Source of the DNA: Saprospiraceae bacterium
GTDB lineage: Bacteria; Bacteroidota; Bacteroidia; Chitinophagales; Saprospiraceae
NCBI GenBank assembly: GCA_016714445.1
Contig: JADJNF010000004.1
Location: 183,861 to 247,860 of the forward strand
Reading direction: 5' to 3'
DNA length: 64,000 nucleotides
Of the stretch, positions 10,192 to 20,551 are shown one piece after another. Position 1 is the stretch's first letter. The number at the start of each line of letters is the position of its first letter. A program made the position numbers and the translations under genes. The notes below the pieces were generated by a model. The model saw only the letters and a list, made by a program, of their open reading frames with translations. It was not told the DNA's origin and ran no database searches.

Positions 10192-11142
10192 TTGCACATT
10201 AAATTCAAAACATTGAAAAACAAAATAATTATATTCTTAGTCCTGACTGCCCTATTCCAAACTGCAATATTAAAGGCACAAACACCATCAGATGCACTCA
10301 TGATGGAAAAAAATGAACTCTGTATCGCCCTGATTTATCAAAATGACAAATGGGATGAGTATTGGGAAGGCACCTTATTAAGAGACAATCAAAATATTGG
10401 AGTTTTGACCAGAAATACTTTCATGCCCATGTTGGCTTATGGCGTGACTAAAAAATTCAACATCATTACGTCACTCCCTTATGTTGAGACTGAAGCTTCA
10501 CGAGGTCAAATGGTAGGTGCCTCCGGACTTCAGGATTTTGGTATATTTATAAAGTATCAACCTTATGAACTCAAAAAAGAATCGGGATCATTGAGTACAT
10601 TTATTTCAGGAGGTTTTAGTCTTCCTGTGTCACCCTATTTGTCAGATTATATGCCTTTTAGTCTAGGCTTGGGGACTCAAGAGTTTTCATTACGTGGTAT
10701 TATAAAATATGAACATAAATCCGGTATATATTTAAGAGGAAGTTATGCTTATCTGCATCGTACTACAACTGAAGCTGAAAGAGACTATTATTATGCAGAT
10801 GGCTCTCATTATACAACAACAATGGATGTACCCAGTGCATCCACAGCTGACTTAGCTCTTGGATGTTGGTTACTAAATAAATCCATCCAGTTGGAAGCTG
10901 GATATATCCAACAGTCAGCATTTTCAGGTGATGATATCAGAAGACAAAATGCCGGTCAGCCTACCAATAAAATGGATATGACTTCAGGAAATGCTAGATT
11001 AAGATACTTCCCGAACCTTATCAAAGGTTTAAGCTTTATGGCTGGATATTCCGAAGTATTTTCAGGCAGAAATATTGGTAAATCAACCATTATTTCAGGT
11101 GGAATTACTTACCAGTTTATACTTAAAAAAGCACAATCCTAA
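10192..11142 (+). CDS. Secreted outer-membrane beta-barrel protein (transport/porin-like)
   Basis: Signal peptide ...ILKAQ. Alternating amphipathic strands and many Y/G residues. Confidence 0.4.
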   Translation: MHIKFKTLKNKIIIFLVLTALFQTAILKAQTPSDALMMEKNELCIALIYQNDKWDEYWEGTLLRDNQNIGVLTRNTFMPMLAYGVTKKFNIITSLPYVETEASRGQMVGASGLQDFGIFIKYQPYELKKESGSLSTFISGGFSLPVSPYLSDYMPFSLGLGTQEFSLRGIIKYEHKSGIYLRGSYAYLHRTTTEAERDYYYADGSHYTTTMDVPSASTADLALGCWLLNKSIQLEAGYIQQSAFSGDDIRRQNAGQPTNKMDMTSGNARLRYFPNLIKGLSFMAGYSEVFSGRNIGKSTIISGGITYQFILKKAQS

Positions 11143-11170
11143 TTCTAAATATCTCTAAATAAAACAAAAA

Positions 11171-12727
11171 ATGATTATCAACTCTCATTTTTATAAATCC
11201 ACTATTGTTCTGACCATGTTTGCAATCATAATGATTACACAAGGTTGTGAAAAAGATCTCCCCAGATTTGTTGCTTTTGAGCCATATAGTTTCTCAAATG
11301 TGGATAATAATGGGGGAACTTGGAAACAAGTTCACATGACAAATGTAGAGCAGATCAAAATAGATATTCCTGCTGCTCCCGACTCTGATGTGTACAAAAA
11401 CGAGATAGCATCCGCAAAAGCTGCTATATCTTCCATGACTACGGATGATGAAGAAATTATCCAATATTGGGGCAATAATCCAATCATCAGGTGGAATGAA
11501 ATAGCCAGAGAGTTGGCAGCAAAATATAATCTGATACCACCTCCAAATGCAGACGGTACATACACACTCCCTGACCCTGCCAATCCTGGTAAGTTTCCAT
11601 ATTTCCCATTTGCACACCCGCCATATGCTTCAAGAGCCTATGCGTATTTGGGTGTGGCACAATTTGATGCATTGATAGCAGCATGGCATTATAAATATAA
11701 ATTTGCCAGACCTGCTCTATATAAAAGTGATGCAACGGTAAAACAATCTTTGCCTACTTCAGATACACCATCCTACCCTTCTGACGGAGCGGTGATAGCT
11801 GCTGCATCCAGAGAAATTTTCTCCGCTATGTTTCCATTAGAAAAGGAATACCTTAAAGAGAAAGCAGAAGAATCAAAAGAAGCATTGTTGTTGTCCGGAC
11901 TTCATGTTCAAAGTGATATTGTTGCAGGAGATTCTTTAGGTAGAGGTATAGCAAAAGTGGTACTCCAGAGAGCTGCAGGAGATGGTATGAAATCAGCACA
12001 AACACCGAAACCAATATCCGATTCGATTAAAAATGCTGCTTTTACAAGATTTGGTTGGAAATGGACAAATCAGGAAACACCAGAAAGACCAGTAGGACTT
12101 ACCCCGTTTTTTGGAAAAGTAAAAACATGGAGCGTTCCTGATCTTGTCGCTGTCAGACCACCTGTTCCACCTGCAATAGGATCTTCAGAATTTATAAAAG
12201 CAGCTGATGAGTTAAAAAATATAGCAAAAAATATTACAACAGACCAACGAAAAATTGCCAATTGGTGGTCTGATGGATTTAATACCACTACTCCTCCGGG
12301 ACATTGGAATAAATTTGCATCTGACAATATTATAAAATATAAATACAACCCCCTAAGATCTGCAAGAGTTTTTGCCTATATGAATATGGCCATCCAGGAT
12401 GCCGGGATCAGTTGCTGGGAAACAAAATATTACTACCATTACCCCAGGCCTATAGAAGCTATCCCAGGGTTTAAAGGTATATTAGGTACCCCAAATTTCC
12501 CCAGTTATACTTCAGGACACAGTACTTTTTCAGCAGCGGCAGCTGCCATTCTCTCTTATATTTTTCCCAATGAAAAAAGGCAAGTAGATGAATGGGCAAT
12601 TGAAGCGGCAGAATCCAGAATTTATGGTGGCATACATTATAGATTTGATTCTGAAGCAGGCTTGGAACAAGGGCGCAAAGTAGCCGCTTTTACGATCACA
12701 AAAGCAATGGCTGACGGTGCCAATTAA
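11171..12727 (+). CDS. PAP2-superfamily vanadium-dependent haloperoxidase-like lipoprotein (paralog of 6358-7743)
   Basis: Lipobox ITQGC. Motifs KYYYHYPRPIEAI, TSGHSTFSAAAA, SRIYGGIHYRFDSEAG. Confidence 0.6.
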   Translation: MIINSHFYKSTIVLTMFAIIMITQGCEKDLPRFVAFEPYSFSNVDNNGGTWKQVHMTNVEQIKIDIPAAPDSDVYKNEIASAKAAISSMTTDDEEIIQYWGNNPIIRWNEIARELAAKYNLIPPPNADGTYTLPDPANPGKFPYFPFAHPPYASRAYAYLGVAQFDALIAAWHYKYKFARPALYKSDATVKQSLPTSDTPSYPSDGAVIAAASREIFSAMFPLEKEYLKEKAEESKEALLLSGLHVQSDIVAGDSLGRGIAKVVLQRAAGDGMKSAQTPKPISDSIKNAAFTRFGWKWTNQETPERPVGLTPFFGKVKTWSVPDLVAVRPPVPPAIGSSEFIKAADELKNIAKNITTDQRKIANWWSDGFNTTTPPGHWNKFASDNIIKYKYNPLRSARVFAYMNMAIQDAGISCWETKYYYHYPRPIEAIPGFKGILGTPNFPSYTSGHSTFSAAAAAILSYIFPNEKRQVDEWAIEAAESRIYGGIHYRFDSEAGLEQGRKVAAFTITKAMADGAN

Positions 12728-12771
12728 ATAAAATTACTTTTTAGATAAATTACCTTTCATGTTTGACGAAA

Positions 12772-12799
12772 GGGCATTGGTTTCTCCTCTGCCCTTTTT
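12772..12799 (+). terminator. Rho-independent terminator
   Basis: GGGCA...TGCCC stem followed by TTTTT, immediately after the 11171-12727 stop. Confidence 0.4.
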
Positions 12800-12908
12800 A
12801 ATTATATACTTCTGTCGTCAAAATAAGGTGTTCGTCGGTTTTTTTTGGGCACTTGCAACTTTTCGATGACTTTTGTGTCTTTAGTCGCAATAGATCAACA
12901 AAACAACA

Positions 12909-15347
12909 ATGAATTCATTTAAATCTATCCTCTCAGGATTTTTCCTATCAATTATTGCTTCAATTTCTTACAGTCAACAATCACTTTCCCTCAGTGGAAC
13001 GATAAATGATGAAAAAGGAGCAGGCATTCCTTTTGCCACCATTATACTCAAATCTGCTTTGGACAGCAGCATGGTAAAAGCAGATATTACCAGTGATTCG
13101 GGAGTTTTTACTTTTGAAAGGTTAAAGCCGGGAAGATATTTTGCTGAGGCCAGTTACATCGGCATGACAAACTTTACGACTGAAGTTTTTGAAATGAATG
13201 ACAAACCAGTCATACTGGTTCCAATTATTCTCACAGAAAATGCAAAACAACTGGAAGAAGTGGTCGTTACAGCAACCAGATCTTTGGTGGAAGTAAAAGC
13301 AGACAGAACTATATTTAATGTTCAGGGCACTATCAATTCTGCCGGTGAAAACGGACTAAATCTGTTGAGAAAAGCACCCGGAGTACTGGTAGACAACAAT
13401 GATAATATCTCTGTATTGGGCAGGGCCGGAGTGCTTATATACGTGGATGGTAAAAGAATACCCCTGACTGGTGATGACCTTACCAATTATCTTCAAAATT
13501 TGTCATCAGAACAAATAGATAAAATAGACATTATTACCAATCCCGGCTCCAAATATGAAGCGCAAGGAAATGCAGGGATCATTGATATACGTCTGAAAAA
13601 AGACAAAAACCTGGGCGGAAACGGTTCAATCAGCGGAACATTCGGTCAAGGAAAATATGCACAAGGCAATACTAATGCCAATGGAAACTACAGAAATAAA
13701 AAGCTGAATACTTTTGGTGGAATAGGTTATAATAAAGGAACCAGATGGAATAACATGCTTTTTGACACCTATCAAAATGGCCTCAGACTGGATGAATCAA
13801 ATATTTCTACCAGTGATTATGATGGTTTGAATGGACGATGGGGAACTGATTTTTTTATCAACAAAAAAAGTACCTTAGGTTTTCTGATTGGTGCACAATC
13901 TAATACCTCCAATAGCGTAAGCAATAATATCACTTACATATCAAATCAAGCTAGGCCAAATCAGGTAGACAGTATTCTTACCGCTCCCAATTCTTCTGAT
14001 GCGAAAAGAAATCAAGCTACTTTTAATATAAACTATGCTTATGAATCCGGTAAAAACAGACTAAATGTAGACGTGGATTACGGCTCATTCAGAAATGAAG
14101 CCAACCATAATCAACCCAACATATATTTTAATGCTACCGGTACAAACATTATCAGCCAAAATAAAAACACCTACAATACTCCCGTAAAAATTGATATTGC
14201 TACAGCAAAAGCGGATTTTGAAACAGAAGTTTTGGGTGGAAATCTGGGTATTGGTACAAAATTCAGCAATGTAGTCACAGATAATACTTTTTTATTTTAT
14301 AACATCATTCAGGACATTGAAATTCAAAATGACAAAAGATCCAACCAATTCAAATACAATGAAAATGTTTTGGCTGGCTATGTCAATTATTCAAGAAGTA
14401 TTAATGCAAAGTGGAATGCTTCAGGAGGTTTAAGAATCGAAAATACCGATGCTACCGGCGACCTGATTGCTTTTTTGCCTGAACTAGAAGAATCGCCCGT
14501 AGATTTTAATTATACCAGCTTTTTCCCATCTGCTGGTGTGACTTATCAGCATTCTCCAGAACATGTGTATTCACTGAACTATGGGCGAAGAATAAATCGC
14601 CCGGACTATAATGTATTAAACCCATTCAGAGAACAATTGAGTGAGCTTTCCTACAGCAAAGGAAATAAATTTCTCCAGCCTGAAATAGTAAATAACATTG
14701 AACTGGGATATACTTTAAAATACAGATACACCTTTAAACTTGCGTACAGCAACACATCCAATCAGATTACAAGGCTAATTGGTCCTGATGAACTGGATCC
14801 AAGAGCAGGTTTTATTAGTTGGGATAATCTGGCCACTCAAAAATTGTACAACTTTAATGTATCACTACCCTTTGATGTCAATAAATGGTGGAATGTGTAT
14901 ATGAACCTTAGTGCTTCATACATTGATAATCAAGCTGATTATGGAGATAATGGGATCGTGGATGTACAGGCGGGTACATATAATGTTTACCAACAACATA
15001 CATTTAATCTCGGCAAAAAATGGAAAGCTGAATTATCCGGCTGGTATGGTGGTCCGGGTGTATGGGGTGGAGTATTTTTATATGATCCAAGTTATAGTCT
15101 TAATCTGGGTCTTCAGAGAAAGTTTCTGAATGACAAAATGAACGTCAGATTGAGTGCAAATGATGTTACTTTCCAATCCGGTTGGAGTGGAGTTGCAGAA
15201 TTTAATGGTCAAAAAAGTTTCGGACAAGGCAATTGGGATAGCCGAAGAGCATCTATAAGTATAAGTTATGATCTTGGCAACAGTAATGTAAAATCCAGAA
15301 AAAGAAGTACTGGTATAGAAAACGAAAGTAAAAGAGTTGGTGGGTAA
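12909..15347 (+). CDS. TonB-dependent receptor-like outer-membrane protein (carboxypeptidase-regulatory-like N-domain, plug, barrel)
   Basis: Signal peptide. Plug-like VVVTATRSL...GVLVDNNDNISVLGRAG. Long barrel with G/N/Y-rich strands. Confidence 0.6.
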   Translation: MNSFKSILSGFFLSIIASISYSQQSLSLSGTINDEKGAGIPFATIILKSALDSSMVKADITSDSGVFTFERLKPGRYFAEASYIGMTNFTTEVFEMNDKPVILVPIILTENAKQLEEVVVTATRSLVEVKADRTIFNVQGTINSAGENGLNLLRKAPGVLVDNNDNISVLGRAGVLIYVDGKRIPLTGDDLTNYLQNLSSEQIDKIDIITNPGSKYEAQGNAGIIDIRLKKDKNLGGNGSISGTFGQGKYAQGNTNANGNYRNKKLNTFGGIGYNKGTRWNNMLFDTYQNGLRLDESNISTSDYDGLNGRWGTDFFINKKSTLGFLIGAQSNTSNSVSNNITYISNQARPNQVDSILTAPNSSDAKRNQATFNINYAYESGKNRLNVDVDYGSFRNEANHNQPNIYFNATGTNIISQNKNTYNTPVKIDIATAKADFETEVLGGNLGIGTKFSNVVTDNTFLFYNIIQDIEIQNDKRSNQFKYNENVLAGYVNYSRSINAKWNASGGLRIENTDATGDLIAFLPELEESPVDFNYTSFFPSAGVTYQHSPEHVYSLNYGRRINRPDYNVLNPFREQLSELSYSKGNKFLQPEIVNNIELGYTLKYRYTFKLAYSNTSNQITRLIGPDELDPRAGFISWDNLATQKLYNFNVSLPFDVNKWWNVYMNLSASYIDNQADYGDNGIVDVQAGTYNVYQQHTFNLGKKWKAELSGWYGGPGVWGGVFLYDPSYSLNLGLQRKFLNDKMNVRLSANDVTFQSGWSGVAEFNGQKSFGQGNWDSRRASISISYDLGNSNVKSRKRSTGIENESKRVGG

Positions 15348-17225
15348 TTATCTATTGTATCTCAATCCAAATCCAAATTTATACAAAGGATCTTTACTAT
15401 CATAGGGCACATCTTCCTTTTGATTGTAGACGGCTTCCATAGAAGACGGCAATTCAAAAGGCAATTTCCCTTGAGGTTTAGCCTTTCCAAATATAACGTC
15501 CAGGACAGCATCGTCGGATGCGCCATAATCTGCAATAGTGGCCGAAGCAACTTTATCAACTTCAGTGATCACAGCAGGGCGATCGATATATACATTTAAA
15601 ATAGTTGGAACAGAATTACAGATAGACAAAATTTCTTCTTTATCTTTTCCTTTAAAATCCAGATCGCCGTGGTGGAAGCCTCTAGCAAAGGGATTTTTTG
15701 ATTCTATGGGTACCCAAGGTGTATTGGTTCGAACAATAGCAAAATCAGCTTCTTTCGGATCATCCACTATGACAGCGTACTTTGATGCTATACCTTTATC
15801 GATATTTTTTATATACACTTTGTACTTTGAAACCTGCAATGGCAATATGTTGTCTTTATTTTTAAGCAAGGTAAGAGATCTTCTTTGTGTAGCAGCACCC
15901 AAGTCCATCCATTCCTTTTTGCCTATAGTTTTTACAGCATTTTCCACATCAACATATGGTTGATCAAAAAGCCCTAAAACAAATTTCTGGCGCAAAATAC
16001 GACGGATAGACTGATCAATTCTTTTTTCACTTACCTTACCCTTTTTGACCAGATCAACAATAAGTTCAGGACAACTTTCGCCACCAAACTGATCACAACC
16101 GGCTTCAATAATCTTCATAACCCGATCTTCTCTACTCAGATGTTCTGCACCCCATGCTCTTGCAGGCCAGATCGCTTGTCCAAGATTAACATCTGTGATT
16201 AATCCCCAGTCTGTACAGACAATACCTTCAAAATTATATCTTTTCCTAAGTAGGTCGGTTATAATATATTTGTTGTAAGACATACCCACGTTCTCGGGGG
16301 TTTGATCCATGGGAACACCATAATACGGCATGATAGAAGCTGAGTTTGCTTTAAATACAGCATCAAATGGTTTAAGATGATATTCAAAATTATTGCCGGG
16401 ATACACCTGCCCTTTATGAAACTCAAAGTGAGAATCAAGTCCTTCTTTTTGAGGTCCTCCACCGGAAAAGTGTTTAGTCATACATGCCACTCCATTTTTT
16501 GTAAGCGAAGTCCCCCCTTGAAATCCAGTAATATATGGATAGAGCATTCTCCCTGACAAATCTGCGTCCTCACCGAATGTACCATTACACCTGGGCCACC
16601 TGGGTTCAGTAGCAAGATCAGCCATGGGATGCAATGCAATTCTTATGCCTACTGCCAGATACTCCTGTCTGGCTATATCGCCAAATTTTTTCATCAGTTC
16701 CGGGTCGTCAATTGCTGCAAAACCCAACTGCTCCGGCCATTGTGACATTCCATTGGAAGCCATAGAAAAAATATTATTACTAAAATAATGTCTTGGATCT
16801 GAGGCGATCGATACAGGAATACCCAATCTTGTTTCTTCTGCAACTTTTTGAATCGCATTGATTCCCATAGCCAGCTCCCGGGTTGGAGGCGTATTCCAGA
16901 AGTTAAAATGACCAAGGTGCTTTTCTTTAATCAGAACATCTACAGGTGTCATTCTGGCTGCAGGGCCAGCCATTTCCATTCCTTCTTTTTTACCTATACT
17001 TCCATCCGGATTGATACCTGCACCGCTGATAAACATTTGCCCGGCTTTTTCTTCAATATTCATTTGTGAGAGCAAATCTTCTACACGGGCATCAAGTGGT
17101 AGTTTTATATCTTCATAAATATCCATTTTGCCATTTTTATTGAGGTCCCTGAAGGTGGACTTCTGACCATCAAGCATTAATGAAATTGACAAAAAAATAA
17201 ATGAAAAAGATATGTATTTTAACAT
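15348..17225 (-). CDS. Glycoside hydrolase family 3 (beta-glucosidase / beta-hexosaminidase-like)
   Basis: GH3 N-domain motifs (GFQGG, KHFSGGGPQKEGLDSHF, CTDWG). Signal peptide. Confidence 0.8.
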   Translation of the reverse strand: MLKYISFSFIFLSISLMLDGQKSTFRDLNKNGKMDIYEDIKLPLDARVEDLLSQMNIEEKAGQMFISGAGINPDGSIGKKEGMEMAGPAARMTPVDVLIKEKHLGHFNFWNTPPTRELAMGINAIQKVAEETRLGIPVSIASDPRHYFSNNIFSMASNGMSQWPEQLGFAAIDDPELMKKFGDIARQEYLAVGIRIALHPMADLATEPRWPRCNGTFGEDADLSGRMLYPYITGFQGGTSLTKNGVACMTKHFSGGGPQKEGLDSHFEFHKGQVYPGNNFEYHLKPFDAVFKANSASIMPYYGVPMDQTPENVGMSYNKYIITDLLRKRYNFEGIVCTDWGLITDVNLGQAIWPARAWGAEHLSREDRVMKIIEAGCDQFGGESCPELIVDLVKKGKVSEKRIDQSIRRILRQKFVLGLFDQPYVDVENAVKTIGKKEWMDLGAATQRRSLTLLKNKDNILPLQVSKYKVYIKNIDKGIASKYAVIVDDPKEADFAIVRTNTPWVPIESKNPFARGFHHGDLDFKGKDKEEILSICNSVPTILNVYIDRPAVITEVDKVASATIADYGASDDAVLDVIFGKAKPQGKLPFELPSSMEAVYNQKEDVPYDSKDPLYKFGFGLRYNR

Positions 17226-17321
17226 GATATGCCTTTTATATTACAAAATTAACAAACTCCTGAAGCAATCTGCTATTTAAAATTGATTTATTACTTAATT
17301 TTAACGCATAATTTATATTGT

Positions 17322-18047
17322 ATGAAACCATCAAACATTTTTCTTTTACTAAGTTTTGTGTTATTTACATCATCTTGCCGGTCACAAAAGCCTGTCATTT
17401 CTCAGGTCACTCCGACTGAAAGTATAAAAATGATGACACCCGAATTGATGTGGCAGTTGGGCCGGGTATCAGCAATAGGCATTACAAAAGATCAAAGGAA
17501 TGTGATTTATAATGTTTCAATACCGGATGTGGCTCAAAACAAATTTAAAAAATCTACTTATATAGTCGGGGTGGAAGGTGGAGAATCCAAAGAAATAAAC
17601 AATTTTGAAAACCTGCTGTCTGATAAAAATATCAGTCCTGACGGAAAGTACAAAATAAAATCCAGTCCGGTTAAAGTTGAAAAAGTACATGGCTTTGACT
17701 TTCATGAGGACCTTGAAAAATCTACCGCCCAGATATATACACAACTGGACTACAGACATTGGGATACCTGGAATGATGGCACTTATAATCATGTATTTTT
17801 TGGTCCAGCAACAGTCGCCGATTCTTCTTACAGAGATATCATGCCAGATGAAGCCTTTGATTGCCCACAAAAACCATTTGGCGGAGATGAAGATTTTATC
17901 TGGAGCCCGGATAGTAAAAGCATATTGTATGTCAGCAAAAAACACAAAGGAACTGCCGCAGCCCAAAGTACAAATACTGATATATATCAATACAATCTGA
18001 GTAATGGGAAAACCAAAAAATCTGACAGAAGACAATACAGGTTATGA
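17322..18047 (+). CDS. S9-family serine peptidase, N-terminal (beta-propeller) fragment; frame lost near 18010
   Basis: Lipoprotein signal LLSFVLFTSSC. Continues in the +1 frame into ORF 18004-19266. The frame break is in an A6 run (accaaaaaatct). Confidence 0.6.
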   Translation: MKPSNIFLLLSFVLFTSSCRSQKPVISQVTPTESIKMMTPELMWQLGRVSAIGITKDQRNVIYNVSIPDVAQNKFKKSTYIVGVEGGESKEINNFENLLSDKNISPDGKYKIKSSPVKVEKVHGFDFHEDLEKSTAQIYTQLDYRHWDTWNDGTYNHVFFGPATVADSSYRDIMPDEAFDCPQKPFGGDEDFIWSPDSKSILYVSKKHKGTAAAQSTNTDIYQYNLSNGKTKKSDRRQYRL

Positions 18048-19266
18048 TACCAATCCCACGTATTCAGTTAATGGTAATCTGGCATATCTCAGTATGAAAA
18101 CCGATGGATATGAAGCTGATAAAAATGATATAAAAGTCATATCCGATGGAGTGACATATAATTTAACAGGTGATTGGGACGAAACTGTTTTAAGTTATAT
18201 GTGGGCAAATGATGGCAAATCCATATACTTTACCGCTGCTAAAGATGGAACAATCCAGCTTTTTGAAGTAAATTTCCCTGGGTTTTCAGGCAAAAAATCA
18301 ACAGTAACACAAATCACCAAAGGTGACTGGGACATCAATGTCATAGTCGGACAATCCGGTGACCACCTGGTTTTGACGAGAGTAAACATGAACAGGGCTG
18401 CTGAATTATATACTTTTCATACCAAAACAAAAGCCTGGAAACAGATTACTGATGTCAATAAATCCATTTATAACACGGTAGGTAAAAGCAGAACCGAACG
18501 TAGATTTGTAACCACATCTGACAATAAACAAATGTTGGTGTGGGTAGTTTATCCTCCTGATTTTGACCCGAATAAAAAATATCCTGCTTTACTGTATTGT
18601 CAGGGTGGACCACAATCTGCACTTACCCAATTTTACTCTTACAGGTGGAATCTGCACCTTATGGCCAGCCAGGGATATATCGTAGTAGCACCAAACAGAC
18701 GAGGAATGCCTGGTCACGGAGTGGAATGGAATCACCAGATCAGCAAAGATTGGGGCGGACAAAATATTCGAGATTATCTCTCAGCCATTGATGATGTATC
18801 TAAAGAACCGTTTGTAGACAAAACCAGGCTGGGTGCTGTAGGAGCGAGCTATGGTGGATACTCTGTTTTTTATCTGGCCGGAGTACACGAAAAAAGGTTC
18901 AAAACATTTATAGCCCACGATGGAAGTTTCAATTTATACAGCATGTATGGCTCTACAGAAGAAATGTTTTTTGTAAATTATGATTTCGGCGGACCATATT
19001 GGGATAAAAAAAATGATAAAACTTATACTGACTTCAATCCCATCCATCATGTAGCAAAATGGGACACACCAATATATATCATACAGGGTGGTAAGGATTA
19101 TCGCATTCCTGACACACAAGGTATGGAAGCCTTCAATGCTGCACAATTGAGAGGAATAAAAAGTAAATTTCTATATCTGCCGGATGAAAACCATTGGGTA
19201 ATGAAACCACAAAATAGTCTGGTATGGCAAAGGGAATTTTTTAAATGGCTGAAGGAAACGCTGTAA
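18004..19266 (+). CDS. S9-family serine peptidase, C-terminal catalytic part
   Basis: Catalytic Ser motif GASYGGYS. Acid/His region DENHWV. Acylaminoacyl/prolyl oligopeptidase-like. Confidence 0.7.
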   Translation: MGKPKNLTEDNTGYDTNPTYSVNGNLAYLSMKTDGYEADKNDIKVISDGVTYNLTGDWDETVLSYMWANDGKSIYFTAAKDGTIQLFEVNFPGFSGKKSTVTQITKGDWDINVIVGQSGDHLVLTRVNMNRAAELYTFHTKTKAWKQITDVNKSIYNTVGKSRTERRFVTTSDNKQMLVWVVYPPDFDPNKKYPALLYCQGGPQSALTQFYSYRWNLHLMASQGYIVVAPNRRGMPGHGVEWNHQISKDWGGQNIRDYLSAIDDVSKEPFVDKTRLGAVGASYGGYSVFYLAGVHEKRFKTFIAHDGSFNLYSMYGSTEEMFFVNYDFGGPYWDKKNDKTYTDFNPIHHVAKWDTPIYIIQGGKDYRIPDTQGMEAFNAAQLRGIKSKFLYLPDENHWVMKPQNSLVWQREFFKWLKETL

Positions 19267-19310
19267 AATATAGCCTGATTTATTAATCTGTTCAGATTAT
19301 TATTTCATTA

Positions 19311-20344
19311 ACCCGTTGTGCGATTAAAGCAAAGCATATTTTATTTGATTTAAAGGTTTATCATTAATATGGTTGATAGCTTGAAGTAAAGTAAAAGCAG
19401 CAATTTTACCCCATATCCTTGTGCACATTCCCAAGAATGTTTTTGCATAATTTCTTTTAATCATGAATTGGTCGGCAAGTTGAGAAAATTGAGTTTCTAT
19501 ACGTTTTCTGCTTTTGCAAAAACATAAGGATATTTGCTAAAATCGGACTGGTTTCGTCTTTTTGGTGTCTGAAGTTCTATTTTTGATGTGTGAAATAAGT
19601 CTACTTTATATTCACTTGATAGGTAGCCTTTATCTCCTAATAGAGTGCAATTATTCAAGCTGGATTGTTTTACATCATCAAGATAATGAATATCGTGTAC
19701 GCTGGCTTTGGTAATATCTACAGATTTGTAAACACCTTTTAATGAAGTGATTAGATGTAGTTTGTAACCATAGAAATAAGTTTTAGTTATAGCCGAATAG
19801 CCTTTGTCGGGGCTTGTTTCAAAATCTTCTCTCAATACGTTGCTCCTATTTGCTCTTGCAATATTACAAACTGGTAGTGGCATCGAATCAACAATAAAAA
19901 TAGTTTCTTCCTCATTTAGCTGATCAGCTAAATTCTGAGTTAGCTGATTGTAAAAGCCAATGAGATTCCTTCGACGCCTATTATAGTTAGAGCGATCGAT
20001 AAGATTGGGAAAATCAGTAGATTGGCTCTTTATTTTACCCCAGAAATAGTTTTCTGAATCAATACTCATTGCTTCAGAACACAACGACAGAGCAAGGATT
20101 TCACAATCAGACATCTTTGGCTTTTTGGGGTAGAATTTAAAATTACCTTCTTCCATTATCAAATCTTTGGCATTTTTGGTAATTAATTGAAGAAATTTAT
20201 CGAAATTTGTCTTTATGTTGTGCATATGTATTTTGTTGTTTGGTAGCTTAAAAATACAACATTTTATTGCATTGCAATGAATTATGCACAACATATTTTT
20301 ATATATATTAAATTTTAATCCCACTTTTTAATCGCACAACGGGT
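19311..20344 (-). mobile_element. IS982-family insertion sequence (1034 bp)
   Basis: 18-bp perfect terminal inverted repeats ACCCGTTGTGCGATTAAA (19311-19328) and TTTAATCGCACAACGGGT (20327-20344). Flanked by a 7-bp direct repeat TTCATTA (19304-19310 and 20345-20351). Single transposase gene inside. Confidence 0.8.
19497..20324 (-). CDS. IS982-family DDE transposase (C-terminal about 60 aa continue in another frame, 19315-19500)
   Basis: DDE region ...IFIVDSMPLPVCN...SVDITKASVHD...LLGDKGYLS. After PYVF the conserved KSRKRIETQFSQLADQFMIKRNYAKTFLGM...INHINDKPLNQ reads in the +2 frame. The frameshift is in a T5 run (gtttttgc). Confidence 0.8.
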   Translation of the reverse strand: MGLKFNIYKNMLCIIHCNAIKCCIFKLPNNKIHMHNIKTNFDKFLQLITKNAKDLIMEEGNFKFYPKKPKMSDCEILALSLCSEAMSIDSENYFWGKIKSQSTDFPNLIDRSNYNRRRRNLIGFYNQLTQNLADQLNEEETIFIVDSMPLPVCNIARANRSNVLREDFETSPDKGYSAITKTYFYGYKLHLITSLKGVYKSVDITKASVHDIHYLDDVKQSSLNNCTLLGDKGYLSSEYKVDLFHTSKIELQTPKRRNQSDFSKYPYVFAKAENV

Positions 20345-20551
20345 TTCATTATTTTAGATGTAAGCCAAAAAATAATTACATCTGCTTTTTACTTAGCAGA
20401 CCAGCTAAACCTATAGGTAATTAGGTGTTTTTTTCTATTATACAACGGTTCTATATCCGGAAATATTAATAGAAAAATAAAAATATTTTGTGAATATGGA
20501 TTGTATAAATTTTCAAGTTATTATCTTTATCAGATCAAAACATCAAACAAT

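Noticed and set aside
11294-12348. Antisense ORFs inside the second haloperoxidase-like gene
   Set aside because: Overlap a well-supported conserved frame. No motifs.
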